A stretch of 64,000 bases of DNA from Polyangiales bacterium. GTDB taxonomy: Bacteria > Myxococcota_A > Polyangia > Polyangiales > JBDIVX01. Positions 46,940 to 56,335 of this stretch are shown here, one piece after another. Position numbers and translations under genes: made by a program. The stretch is taken from NCBI GenBank assembly GCA_039794305.1, contig JBDIVX010000019.1:424-64423 (forward strand). The letters are read 5' to 3'. Within the stretch, counting starts at the first letter, position 1; each line of letters starts with the position of its first letter. The notes under the pieces are model-generated. The model was not told the DNA's origin. It did not search any database and worked only from the letters and a program-made list of their open reading frames with translations.

Positions 46940-47493
46940 TCGTGCCGCGCGCGGCCCTCCTCGCTCTGCTCGTCGCCGCCGTCCCGTCGGCAGCCGCCGC
47001 CCACCCGCAGACGTCCGCGCGCCTCGGAGCCGGTGCCGGTGCGGCGAGCGGCGACTTCGTCTTCGAGATGCACCTCCGCAGCGAGCTCCTGTTCGGTCCG
47101 AACGAGGTGCGCGCGTTTCGGATCGGCCCCGCTCTCGACCTGCGCACGGCGGACTTCGAGACCGCCGAGGCCGCCGGCGGGCTCGCCGTGTTGCTCCCGG
47201 TCGCGACCGGGTTTCCGATCACGTTCACGACCGGCGCGGGGTGGGCGTCGCGTCCTGGCGACGCGGACGGCCCCATCGCAGTCGGCACGCTGGCGTGGGG
47301 CTACCGCAGCTACAACCACCACCACGTCTACGGATACGCACTCTCGCTCTACGCCAGCACGCGCGTCGCCCTCGACGACACCTCGCGCTGGGAGATCACG
47401 GGCGGCGTCGAGATCGATCTCCTCTTCCTCGTCGCGATCCCGGCCATCTTCGTGTGGGAGTGGCTGACCGAGGGCGACCCGGACGAGCCGTAG
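46936..47493 (+). CDS. Hypothetical exported beta-strand protein
   Basis: Start overlaps the upstream stop codon; signal peptide; amphipathic strands. Confidence 0.65.
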   Translation: MIVPRAALLALLVAAVPSAAAAHPQTSARLGAGAGAASGDFVFEMHLRSELLFGPNEVRAFRIGPALDLRTADFETAEAAGGLAVLLPVATGFPITFTTGAGWASRPGDADGPIAVGTLAWGYRSYNHHHVYGYALSLYASTRVALDDTSRWEITGGVEIDLLFLVAIPAIFVWEWLTEGDPDEP

Positions 47494-47526
47494 CCTGCAC
47501 CCACCGCAGGCGAGGGAGCTGGGCGA

Positions 47527-48366
47527 TCAGCGCCTGCGCCGGAGCCGGCGGGCGAGGCCGAGCAGGCACGCCACCGCGGCGGCGGCGGGCAGGCCCGGAG
47601 CCCCGTCGCCTCCCGCGGCCGCAGCGCACGACGTGGACGCGCCGTCCGCGCCCAACGTGACCGAGCCCTCGGCGCGGATCTCGCCGCCGATGCCGCGCGC
47701 GAGGAGCGCGTCGATGCAGGTGTCGAGCTGATCGCCCGACAGCACGTACTCGCCGTCGCAGAACAGAGCGCCGTCGACCGAGCAGGAGGCCATGCAGTCG
47801 GCCCGGAGCTCGTACTCGCAGTCCTCGAACTGCTCGTCCTGGCAGACCGTCTGACAGTCCATGTTCGCCTGCGCGCCGCACGAGCCGCCGCAGCACTCGA
47901 CGCAGTGCTGGTAGCACGAGGCGTCCACGACGGGCGCGCACTGGATGTCGCACTCGCCGTCGCAGGTCGCCTCGCAGGAAGCAACGCACCGGTCGGGGTT
48001 CTCCGCGCCCGCACACGACGCGTCGCAGGACCCGACGCACTCGGCGAAGCAGTTGTGGATGCAGGTGATGGGCACACCGCGGTCGCACTCCATCTGGCAC
48101 ATCGTCGTGCACTCGTCCGTACACGTCGGCTCGGCCGCCAGCGTGCACTCCGACCGGCAGACCGTGTGCAGCCGGGTGGCGCAGGCGGTCTCGTAGATCC
48201 CCAGCTCGGAGCACCCCGCCTCGCAGTCGACCTCAGCGCGCAGCTCACAGCTCGTCACGTCCTCGAGCCGGATCCCACCGCACTCGGGGATCCCCGCCCG
48301 GACCGTGGCCGGCGCCCCGAGGAGGCACGCGGCCCCCACCGTTCCCAGAAGCCAAGCTCTCTTCAT
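47527..48366 (-). CDS. Very Cys-rich secreted protein with MYXO-CTERM-like tail
   Basis: Signal peptide, repeated CxxxC spacing, tail TSCAAA...hydrophobic helix...RRLRRRR. Confidence 0.75.
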   Translation of the reverse strand: MKRAWLLGTVGAACLLGAPATVRAGIPECGGIRLEDVTSCELRAEVDCEAGCSELGIYETACATRLHTVCRSECTLAAEPTCTDECTTMCQMECDRGVPITCIHNCFAECVGSCDASCAGAENPDRCVASCEATCDGECDIQCAPVVDASCYQHCVECCGGSCGAQANMDCQTVCQDEQFEDCEYELRADCMASCSVDGALFCDGEYVLSGDQLDTCIDALLARGIGGEIRAEGSVTLGADGASTSCAAAAGGDGAPGLPAAAAVACLLGLARRLRRRR

Positions 48367-48441
48367 GACCACCTCGACGGGCTGTCCGCCGCCCACATTC
48401 ATATCACGAGGCGCATCGGCATTGGACCCCGGCTCACTTCC

Positions 48442-49491
48442 TCAGCCGTTCGCGGCCTTCTTGAGGCGCTCCTCGGCGATCATGTCGGCCACGCGGCTCG
48501 TCGGCTGCATGGCGGCCGCCGCGCGCTCGACGATCTCGAGGATGGTGTCGTAGATCCTCATCGTGCGCTCGCGCGACGTCACGGCGTCGTACCCGAGGAC
48601 CTCCTGCGCGACGTTGATGAGACCGCCTGCGTTGATGGCGTAGTCGGGCGCGTACACGATGCCGCGCTGCATGAGATCCTCGCCGTGGCGGGGCTCGGCG
48701 AGCTGGTTGTTGGCGGCGCCTGCCACGATGCGGCAGCGGAGCCTCGGGATGGTGTGATCGTTGAGCGCGCTGCCGAGCGCGCATGGGGCGAAGACGTCGC
48801 ACTCCACGCCGAAGATCGCGTCGAGCGTGACGATCTCGGCGCCGAATTCGCGCTGCGCCCGCTCGGACTTGAGCGGATCGACGTCGGCGACCGTGAGCCT
48901 GGCTCCGAGCGCGGCGAGCTCCTTGCAGAGGTGGTAGCCGACGTGGCCGACGCCCTGGACCGCCACGTGCACGCCGTCGAGGTCGCTGCGGCCCGTGGCG
49001 ACCTTCACGCAGGCCTCGATGCCGCGCCGGACGCCGAGCGCCGTGAAGGGGCTCGGATCGCCCGATCCGCCGTGCTCAGGCTTCACGCCCGTCACGTTCC
49101 TGGTCACCGTGCGGATGACCTCCATGTCTTCGAGGCTCGTGCCGCTGTCCTCGGCGGTGATGTAGCGGCCGCCCAGATCCTCGACGAACCGGCCGAAGGC
49201 ACGGAACAGCCGGGCGCGATCGAACTGCTGGCGCGGCTTGACGATGACGCTCTTGCCGCCCCCGTGCCCGAGCCCGGTGATGGCGGCCTTGTAGGTCATG
49301 CCGCGCGCGAGGCGGAGCGCGTCCACCAGCGCCTCCTCCTCGGTGTCGTAGTGGATGAACCGGCATCCGCCGAGCGCCGGCCCGAGCCGCGAGTCGTGGA
49401 TCGCCACGATCGCCTCGAGCCCGCTCGCCTGGTCCCGCCTGACGTGCACCTCGCCGTAGTCGTAGTGCGCCATGTGCCCGAATACGCTCAC
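48442..49491 (-). CDS. Leu/Phe/Val dehydrogenase
   Basis: GPALGGCR, GMTYK, GGGKSV, ITAEDSG, QGVGHVG, GAANNQL. GTG49491 with RBS GGAGAGG. Confidence 0.95.
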   Translation of the reverse strand: MSVFGHMAHYDYGEVHVRRDQASGLEAIVAIHDSRLGPALGGCRFIHYDTEEEALVDALRLARGMTYKAAITGLGHGGGKSVIVKPRQQFDRARLFRAFGRFVEDLGGRYITAEDSGTSLEDMEVIRTVTRNVTGVKPEHGGSGDPSPFTALGVRRGIEACVKVATGRSDLDGVHVAVQGVGHVGYHLCKELAALGARLTVADVDPLKSERAQREFGAEIVTLDAIFGVECDVFAPCALGSALNDHTIPRLRCRIVAGAANNQLAEPRHGEDLMQRGIVYAPDYAINAGGLINVAQEVLGYDAVTSRERTMRIYDTILEIVERAAAAMQPTSRVADMIAEERLKKAANG

Positions 49492-49582
49492 TGGACCTCT
49501 CCTGGACCCGCATCGGGGACAGATCCGATGCGACTGCCGGGCGACGATAGCCTGTCCGCGGTCGTTTGGTAGAGTCCGGCGG

Positions 49583-50200
49583 GTGCGCAGGATCACTTGG
49601 GCGCTCCCCTGCTTGCTCCTCCTCTCGCCGGCCGCCGCGCGGGCGGACGGGCTGTACGGGCGGTTCGGCGGGGACTTCGTCGTGAGCGCCGGGGCCGGCG
49701 CGGGCGTCGACCCCGAGGCCGGCTCGGTCGTCGCGACCCTCGACCTGCGCGCGCGCTACCTCGACGCCGCGGGCCTCGTGGTCGCGCCCGAGCTGCGGGG
49801 CTCGAGCCCCCGCGTCGTCGCCGCCGTCGAGGTCCGGCCCCTGTTCCCGGCGCTCTTCCTGCTGAACGCCTGGAGCGGCGAGGGCTACGTCGATCTCCTC
49901 CTCGAGTCACTCGGCTTCGAGCTCGGAGTGGCCTTCGATCGGCTCGACGACCCCGAGGCACGCGGCTCGGCTCTCGCGTTCGGCGCGGGCTTCGACGTGC
50001 CGCTCCTCCTGCCGGGCACGCTCGCCGACGGCCTGTTCCTGCGCCTCGGCGCGCGGCACGTGCACGCTCTCGCCCAGGACCTGCGGGCGCCCGAGGGGGG
50101 GGCCTCGGACTGGACGATCTACGCGATCCTCACCGTCCGCGCGGTCGCGGACCTCGGCGTCGCCGCGCGCGAGCCGCCCCGTTTCCGGCCCGATCGCTGA
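49583..50200 (+). CDS. Hypothetical exported/outer-membrane protein
   Basis: Signal peptide ending AARA followed by amphipathic beta strands. Confidence 0.6.
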   Translation: MRRITWALPCLLLLSPAAARADGLYGRFGGDFVVSAGAGAGVDPEAGSVVATLDLRARYLDAAGLVVAPELRGSSPRVVAAVEVRPLFPALFLLNAWSGEGYVDLLLESLGFELGVAFDRLDDPEARGSALAFGAGFDVPLLLPGTLADGLFLRLGARHVHALAQDLRAPEGGASDWTIYAILTVRAVADLGVAAREPPRFRPDR

Positions 50201-50221
50201 CGCGCTGCTATCCTGGCGCTC

Positions 50222-51439
50222 ATGTACTGCCAGTCCTGCGGGGCGCAGAACGCCGAAGACGCGCGCTTCTGCAACATGTGCGGCACGCGCATCGCGCCTC
50301 CCGGCGCGCCGGGCGGGCCGATCGTCGATGGGACGGTCCAGGGCGTGGGCGGCGCGCCGCCGGCCAACGCCCCCCCGCCGGCGTCCGGCGCCCCGACGGC
50401 CGCAGAGGAGAACGTCTGGGCGCAGCACGAGGGGTCGGCCTCGGCCAGCGCGTCCTTGCAGGCGAGCGGTTCCCTGCCGCAGCCGACGGGGTACGCGCCT
50501 CAGGGGGGCGGCCCGACCATGTCGAGCGTCACGCTCGCGGGCATCGGCGTGCAGTCGTCGGGCAAGACCTGGGCGGTGCTCGCCGGCATCGCCGCCGTGC
50601 TCGTCGGGCTCGGCGCGCTCGGCACGTACCTCGCGATGCGGGGCGGGCACGAGGCATCGGAGCCCGTGGCCGAGGCCGGCGGCGGCGGTGGCGGGATGGA
50701 GATCGGCACGCCGCTGCCCGAGGGCATGGAGCCGCCGCCCGACGTGGACTTCGTGTCGGGTGGCGTGCGCGTCAGCGAGGGGAGCGGCCGATCGCAGGCG
50801 TCCGGATCGGGCGGCGGGGGCGCCGGCACGAAGCGCGGGGGGAGCGGAGGCGCCGGCTCGGGCGGCGGTAGCGGATCGGCTGGAGGCGGGTCCGGCGGCG
50901 AGGGCGCCGGCGGCTCGGGCGGCGAGAGTGGATCGGCTGGAGGTGGGTCCGGCGGTGGAGGCGCCGGTGGCTCGTCCGGCGGCGGCGCGTCGGGCGGCGG
51001 CGGCGGCGGATCCGGCGGGGGCGGTGGCGCGTCCGGCGGCGGCGGCGGGTCGGGCGGCGGTGGCGCGTCCGGCGGCGGGTCGGGCGGCGGCGGCTCCTCC
51101 GGCGGCAACGACACGGTCCCCGCGAGCGACCTCCCGGAGGAGCGCGACATCGCCCTCGAGATGTACGCCTCCCGCGTCCGGTTCGTCATCCGCCGCTACT
51201 ACGCAGCGCGCGCCCAGGCCTGCTTCGACCGCGCGACCCGGAACGACCCGGGCCTTCGGGGCACGGTGGTGGTGCGGTTCACCATCGGCAACGACGGGCA
51301 GGTCACCGAGTCGAGCGTCATCAGGAATACCAGCGGCAACGATACTCTCGGCGCCTGCCTCGCCGGTCAGGTACGCTCGTGGCGCCTCCCGGCCCCCGAG
51401 GGCGGGGAGCTGACGCTCGAGATGCCGTTCTCCAACTAG
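50222..51439 (+). CDS. Zinc ribbon, TM, Gly-rich linker, TonB-C (AgmX/PglI C-terminal) protein
   Basis: CQSCG...FCNMCG, one TM helix, about 100-aa Gly/Ser tract, AQACFD...LRGTVVVRFTIG..G.V...WRLPAP. Confidence 0.82.
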   Translation: MYCQSCGAQNAEDARFCNMCGTRIAPPGAPGGPIVDGTVQGVGGAPPANAPPPASGAPTAAEENVWAQHEGSASASASLQASGSLPQPTGYAPQGGGPTMSSVTLAGIGVQSSGKTWAVLAGIAAVLVGLGALGTYLAMRGGHEASEPVAEAGGGGGGMEIGTPLPEGMEPPPDVDFVSGGVRVSEGSGRSQASGSGGGGAGTKRGGSGGAGSGGGSGSAGGGSGGEGAGGSGGESGSAGGGSGGGGAGGSSGGGASGGGGGGSGGGGGASGGGGGSGGGGASGGGSGGGGSSGGNDTVPASDLPEERDIALEMYASRVRFVIRRYYAARAQACFDRATRNDPGLRGTVVVRFTIGNDGQVTESSVIRNTSGNDTLGACLAGQVRSWRLPAPEGGELTLEMPFSN

Positions 51440-51448
51440 GATTCCGTC

Positions 51449-52423
51449 ATGGCCGAAGGTGACGAGCTGTTGATCGTCGACGGGCGCGAGAGCGACCTCG
51501 AAGGGATGCGCAGGCTGTTCGAGCAGCAGGGCTACGTCTGCACGGCCACGTCGGACGGGCGCTCGGTGGCAGAGCTCGTGCAGCGCAAGTTCTTCCCGGC
51601 CGCGTTGGTGGATCTGGACGTCGGCAAGCCGGGCGCCGGTATCGACGTCGTGCGCGCCATCCGCGAGCGCTCGCACCCGACGTCGGTCGTCCTGCTCACC
51701 GGGCGCCGCTCCTTCGAGGCCGCCGTCGAGGCCCTCCGCCTCGGCGTCGTCGACGTCGTCGTGAAGCGCCCCGAGGAGGTCGACCACCTCAAGCGCATCG
51801 TCGCCGTCGCATGCGATCGGTCCCGCGCCACCGACGGGAGCAGCGAGCTGCTCCGCGACGTGCAGTCGGTGATGGGCGAGGCCTTCAAGATCATCCTCGA
51901 CATGGGCCGCAAGCAGTTCCAGGACGTCTCGATCGGCTCGGGCTCCACGTTCCGGCCGCGCGTCCTCGTGGTCGACGGCGACTCCGAATTCCTCTCGGAG
52001 CTGGCCAACCTCATCGGGGGCAAGCCGTGGGAGATCGCCGCCGAGATGAACGGCGGCGGCGCGCTCGACAAGGCCGGCGATCACCGGTTCGACGTCGTCG
52101 CCTGCCGCGAGGAGCTGATGGACCTGCGGGGCAGCATGGTCATCAAGACGATCCAGGCGCAGCACGCCGAGACCCTCGGCCTCGTGTACAGCGCGCCGGG
52201 TCCCGCCGGACACGTGGACATGTACCGCGAGGGCCAGATGGACGAGGCGTGGCGCCCGTTCGGGGGCGCGCAGCACCTCGTCGCCCGCATCGAACAGGTG
52301 ATCGAGACGCTCGGCGCGACCCAGCGCGACCGGCGGATCATCCAGGCCTTCCGCGCGGCCCATCAGGACTTCTTCCGCCGCTACGCCGAGCTGAAGCTGC
52401 GGATCGACCGACTGCTCGAGTGA
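51449..52423 (+). CDS. Tandem receiver-domain protein (second receiver degenerate)
   Basis: REC1: LLIVD, ALVDLD, LLTG, VVK. REC2: VLVVD, but VVACRE lacks the phosphoacceptor Asp. Confidence 0.78.
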   Translation: MAEGDELLIVDGRESDLEGMRRLFEQQGYVCTATSDGRSVAELVQRKFFPAALVDLDVGKPGAGIDVVRAIRERSHPTSVVLLTGRRSFEAAVEALRLGVVDVVVKRPEEVDHLKRIVAVACDRSRATDGSSELLRDVQSVMGEAFKIILDMGRKQFQDVSIGSGSTFRPRVLVVDGDSEFLSELANLIGGKPWEIAAEMNGGGALDKAGDHRFDVVACREELMDLRGSMVIKTIQAQHAETLGLVYSAPGPAGHVDMYREGQMDEAWRPFGGAQHLVARIEQVIETLGATQRDRRIIQAFRAAHQDFFRRYAELKLRIDRLLE

Positions 52424-52499
52424 AGGCCGCCCCCCGTTCGCCGGTTATTGGACGCACATTGTCCTACACCGATAGGATCGGGGCTGGAGGGCTATCGGC

Positions 52500-52916
52500 A
52501 TGACGTGGATCGCGCGAGCTTCGCAACGAAAGACCGTCCGGCGGGCGGTCGGGACGGTCTGCCAGGCCGTGACCGAGGAGGGGTTCCGGCTCTTGGGTGA
52601 GCGGGTCCTCGATCTGTCGGCGGAGGGCATGCTCCTGTCGAGCGACCAGGAGCCCGAGCTCGGGGCGGACGTCATCGTCTCGTTCCGCGCCCCCGGCACC
52701 GGCATCTGGCTCGACGCCGAGGCGGAGGTCGCCCGCATCGTGAGAGGCCGGCGCCGGAGCGACCGGGCGCGGGGCATCGGACTCCGCTTCCGCTCGCTCG
52801 ACCGCGTCGCTCGCGCGGTCCTCGACGCGAGCCTCCGCGGCCACCCCCCGCCGGTCCCGGCGCGGTCGGTGCGCAAAGACTACGCGCGCACGGTCCGCGC
52901 GATCCGCGACTACTAG
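52500..52916 (+). CDS. Single-domain PilZ protein
   Basis: RASQR (RxxxR) and DLSAEG (DxSxxG) c-di-GMP motifs; GIGLRF. Confidence 0.88.
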   Translation: MTWIARASQRKTVRRAVGTVCQAVTEEGFRLLGERVLDLSAEGMLLSSDQEPELGADVIVSFRAPGTGIWLDAEAEVARIVRGRRRSDRARGIGLRFRSLDRVARAVLDASLRGHPPPVPARSVRKDYARTVRAIRDY

Positions 52917-52919
52917 GCC

Positions 52920-52965
52920 CTCGGTCGGCGGTCCCGTCCGCGCGCTCCGCGCGGCGTCCACCGAG
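52920..52965. terminator. Nested hairpin between convergent genes
   Basis: CCGCGCG-CTC-CGCGCGG inside CTCGGT...ACCGAG. Confidence 0.3.
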
Positions 52966-52976
52966 CTACCCAGCCG

Positions 52977-55292
52977 TCAGACGCCCCAGATCCCGCTCGC
53001 GCGCTCGAGAACCTGCGCGCGCGCACGCGCGAACCGCGGGTCCGAGCGCAGCGGCGCGAGGACGGGGCAGCGATCGAGCCACTCGAGGTCGATCAGCACC
53101 GCGTCGGCGGCGCGCTCGAGGTAGACGAGCGCCTGCTCGGTGGCCCCGACCGCGCCGAGCGCTTCGGCGGCGAGCTGGAAGGCGATGCTCCGAAACCGCG
53201 GGTTCCCGATCCCGGAGATCACTCTCTCGAACGACCGCAACGTCTCGTCCGGCGGGCCGTCGCCAAGAGCGATGCGCCCGTACACGGCCAGCATCCGGCC
53301 CGCCTCGCCGAAGCCTCCGCGAGCGGCCTCCTCCGAAATCCTCTCGACCGCCTCCATGTCCCCCTCCCAGCAGGCGAAGCGGATGTGGTTGCCGAGCGTC
53401 CCGGGGTGGGAGGCGCCCATCGCCTCCTCGAGCTGTGCCTGTGCCCGCCGGCTCGCGTCGAGGTTCCCGTGGAGGTGCTCGACCCGCGCGATGTCCTGGT
53501 GCGCGAAGGCGAGCGTCGGGTCCAGGTCGAGGGCGAGCTTCAGCCGCTCGATCCCCTCCCGCGACCTGCCGGCCTCGCACTGCAGGCGCCCCAGGTACTC
53601 GTGCGCGTCGGGGTACGTCGGCGCGATCTCGAGGGCACGCTCGAGATGGCGCGCCGCGTCCTGGTAGCGACCGTCCTGGACGGACAGGATCGCGGCGGCG
53701 AGCCTCGCCTCGGCGAGGTCTCCTCCCTGCTCGCACGCGCGCTCCACGCTCCGCCGTGCGGCGGTCTCCCAGTCGCGGCCGGCGTTGCCCGGGATGAACC
53801 AGGCGCGCAGCGTCGCCATCGCGTGCGCCGCGATGGCCGGAGCGAAGTCCGGCGCATCTTCGAGGCACCGGTCGAGCAGCTCGATGACGCCTCCGGCGGC
53901 CGTGAGCGAGGTGTCGCCGGCGCGCCTACGCATCTTCGCACGGGCACGCAGGTAGCTCTCGACCGCCTCGGCCGGCGCGTCCCCCCGGTGCGAGGCCGTG
54001 CTCAGCCCCACGCGCAGCGACTCGGTGACACGGCGACCGAGCCGATCCTGGAGCGTGAACACGTCCTCGAGCGAGCCCTCGAACCGGTCGCTCCAGAGCT
54101 GCGTGCCGGTGCGGGCGTCGCAGAGCCGCGCGGTCACACGCACGCGACACCCCGCCGCCTGCACGGTCCCGTCCACCAGGACGTCGACGCCGAGCTCGTC
54201 CCCGACGGTGCGTGGATCGCGCTCGTCCCGAAACCGCTGCGTCGCGCCGCTCGCGAGCACCCGCAGACCTCGGGTCGTCGACAGGAGGTCGACGAGCTCG
54301 TCGGTGAGCGCATCGCCGAGGTAGCCGTGCTCGTCGGGGCCGCGGTAGCGGAAGGGAAGGACCGCGAGCGCCCGACCGCCCGGCGGGGCCGGGTCGGGAC
54401 GCGCCGCCGACGCCGTGGCGAGCGGGGCGGTGGCCATCACCTCCAGCGGCGCCCGCGGGGCCGTCCCGGCGGTGAACGCCTCGAGCCGAGCCGCCAGCTC
54501 GTCGGCGGAAGACGGGCGAGCTTCGGGCTCCCGCGCGAGGCATCGGAGCACGAGCTCGGCGAGGGAGTCCGGCAGCGGGACTCGGGCCCTCGGGTCCGGC
54601 GGCGGCTGCTGGAGCCGCGCGACGGCGGTCCCGAGCGGCGTGTCCGTGAGGAAGGGGAGCTCGCCCGTGAGCAGCTCGTAGAGCACGAGGCCGAGCGCAT
54701 AGAGGTCTGCGCGCGCGTTCGCGCCGCGGCCCGAGACCTGCTCCGGTGCCATGTACGAGGGCGTGCCGATGAGCCCGGCCGTCTGGAACGCAGCGTTGCG
54801 GTCGTCGCCTCGTGCGATCCCGAAGTCGGCCAGCACGATCCTGCCGCCCTCTTCCACGAGGACGTTCGCGGGCTTCACGTCGCGGTGCACGACCCCCGCC
54901 GCGTGGATGGCGGAAAGCGCCCGCGCGACCGGCAGAACGAGGCCCGCCGCGCGGGCGGGCGGGAGAGGCCCCTCCTCCGCGAGCACGCGCGAGAGGTCGC
55001 GGCCGCGGACGTACTCCATCGTCAGGAAGTGGATGCCGCCGTGCTCACCGAGGTCGTGGATGCGTGCGACGTTCGGGTGGGTGATGCGGCGGGCGAGCCG
55101 CACCTCGCGCCGGAAGCGTTCGAGCGCCTCTCCCATGCGGACGAATGACGACACCAGTGTCTTGAGCGCGACGTCGTCCCCGACGTGCTCGTCGTGCGCG
55201 CGGTACACCGCGCCCATCCCGCCTTCGCCGAGCAGCGACTCGATCCGGTAGCGTCCGGCGAACAGCTCGCCGACTCGAGGTTGCTCTGGCAT
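52977..55292 (-). CDS. Ser/Thr kinase with TolB-N-like domain and TPRs
   Basis: GEGGMG, HRDVKPAN, DFG, GTPSYMAPE, LAVLPF, VRVTARL..GTQLWSDRF, TPRs. Confidence 0.92.
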   Translation of the reverse strand: MPEQPRVGELFAGRYRIESLLGEGGMGAVYRAHDEHVGDDVALKTLVSSFVRMGEALERFRREVRLARRITHPNVARIHDLGEHGGIHFLTMEYVRGRDLSRVLAEEGPLPPARAAGLVLPVARALSAIHAAGVVHRDVKPANVLVEEGGRIVLADFGIARGDDRNAAFQTAGLIGTPSYMAPEQVSGRGANARADLYALGLVLYELLTGELPFLTDTPLGTAVARLQQPPPDPRARVPLPDSLAELVLRCLAREPEARPSSADELAARLEAFTAGTAPRAPLEVMATAPLATASAARPDPAPPGGRALAVLPFRYRGPDEHGYLGDALTDELVDLLSTTRGLRVLASGATQRFRDERDPRTVGDELGVDVLVDGTVQAAGCRVRVTARLCDARTGTQLWSDRFEGSLEDVFTLQDRLGRRVTESLRVGLSTASHRGDAPAEAVESYLRARAKMRRRAGDTSLTAAGGVIELLDRCLEDAPDFAPAIAAHAMATLRAWFIPGNAGRDWETAARRSVERACEQGGDLAEARLAAAILSVQDGRYQDAARHLERALEIAPTYPDAHEYLGRLQCEAGRSREGIERLKLALDLDPTLAFAHQDIARVEHLHGNLDASRRAQAQLEEAMGASHPGTLGNHIRFACWEGDMEAVERISEEAARGGFGEAGRMLAVYGRIALGDGPPDETLRSFERVISGIGNPRFRSIAFQLAAEALGAVGATEQALVYLERAADAVLIDLEWLDRCPVLAPLRSDPRFARARAQVLERASGIWGV

Positions 55293-55293
55293 G

Positions 55294-55818
55294 TCAGCCG
55301 GGCGCCGCGGACAGGCGCTGCGTGACCGCGTCCCGGATCTCTTCGAGCCGCTCCTCCGCCACGCCCAGCCGGCGCGCCAGCCCGAGGTGGAAGTCGCGCT
55401 CGCGCCCGTCCAATGTGCCGTCCGCGCTCGCGAGCTCCCAGCTCAGCGCGAGGAGCAGCTCGCGCAGGACCGGGTGGGTGACCCGCCGCTCGATGCCCGC
55501 GAGGGACGGAGGCTCGTCGCTCGCCCGGACGAGCGCTTCGCGCGCCTCCTGGTCGAGCGCGCTGGCCAGGATCACCCGGCGCAGCAGATCCTTCTCGCCG
55601 GGGTCGACCTCTCGGTCGGCGTGCGCCATCCAGATGCACACCTCGATGGCGCCTCGCTGCTCGCGCTCGACGACGTCGCCGGGCTGCGCCGCCATCCACG
55701 CGCGCAGCTCGCTCAGACGCTCCTCGCCCACGACCAGCGCCGCGACGGCGATCCCGGCCTCCTCGTGGAGGTCACGGAGGACGCCGCCGCGCGCGAGGGT
55801 CCCGATCCAGGTGGACAT
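55294..55818 (-). CDS. TerB-like (tellurite resistance/DjlA-N family) protein
   Basis: MAHADREVDPGEK and LASADGTLDGRERDF are two TerB half-motifs. Confidence 0.75.
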   Translation of the reverse strand: MSTWIGTLARGGVLRDLHEEAGIAVAALVVGEERLSELRAWMAAQPGDVVEREQRGAIEVCIWMAHADREVDPGEKDLLRRVILASALDQEAREALVRASDEPPSLAGIERRVTHPVLRELLLALSWELASADGTLDGRERDFHLGLARRLGVAEERLEEIRDAVTQRLSAAPG

Positions 55819-55866
55819 GGCCCTGCGTGCCTCTTGCATGCACGCAGGTTACCCGATCGGTGGTGT

Positions 55867-56163
55867 TCAGTGGCTCTCCTTGGTCGCGGTGCCCTTGGCG
55901 CGGCGGGCGGCCCCCTTGGCCTGCTTGCCCCGCTCGCCGAGCGCCTTCGAGACCTTCTCCTGAGCCTTGCCGATCGCCTCCTTGGCCCTGCCCTTGAGGC
56001 GACCCGCGGCCCGCGCCGCCGTCGCCCGGCCCTTGCCCTTGGCGCGCTTGGCGGCTCCCTCGGCGCGCGTCTGCTCGCTGCCCGTGGCGCGGCCGACCTT
56101 CTCCTTGGCCTTGCCGGCCATCTCCTCGGCCTTGCCCTTCATCTCTTCGCTCTTGGTGCCCAT
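55867..56163 (-). CDS. CsbD-like general stress protein
   Basis: KGKAEEMAGKAKEKVGRATG...EG repeated twice; RBS GAGGAG. Confidence 0.8.
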   Translation of the reverse strand: MGTKSEEMKGKAEEMAGKAKEKVGRATGSEQTRAEGAAKRAKGKGRATAARAAGRLKGRAKEAIGKAQEKVSKALGERGKQAKGAARRAKGTATKESH

Positions 56164-56335
56164 CGGTTGCTCCTCGTGTGTGGTGATCGAACCAATACGT
56201 TCAGGGTCCGTGCCGGGCCGCCCTCGCGCGAAAGTCTTGGGCAAATCGTGTGGCGCCTCGCGACTGCGTGGCGATACGCGGCGGGGAACCGTGCGGTAGC
56301 CACCCGGGAAGCGCTCGACTAGCCTCTCTCGCGAG

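Noticed and set aside
50810..51105. GGC-rich low-complexity tract
   Set aside because: It is the Gly/Ser linker of the TonB-C protein, not an independent element.
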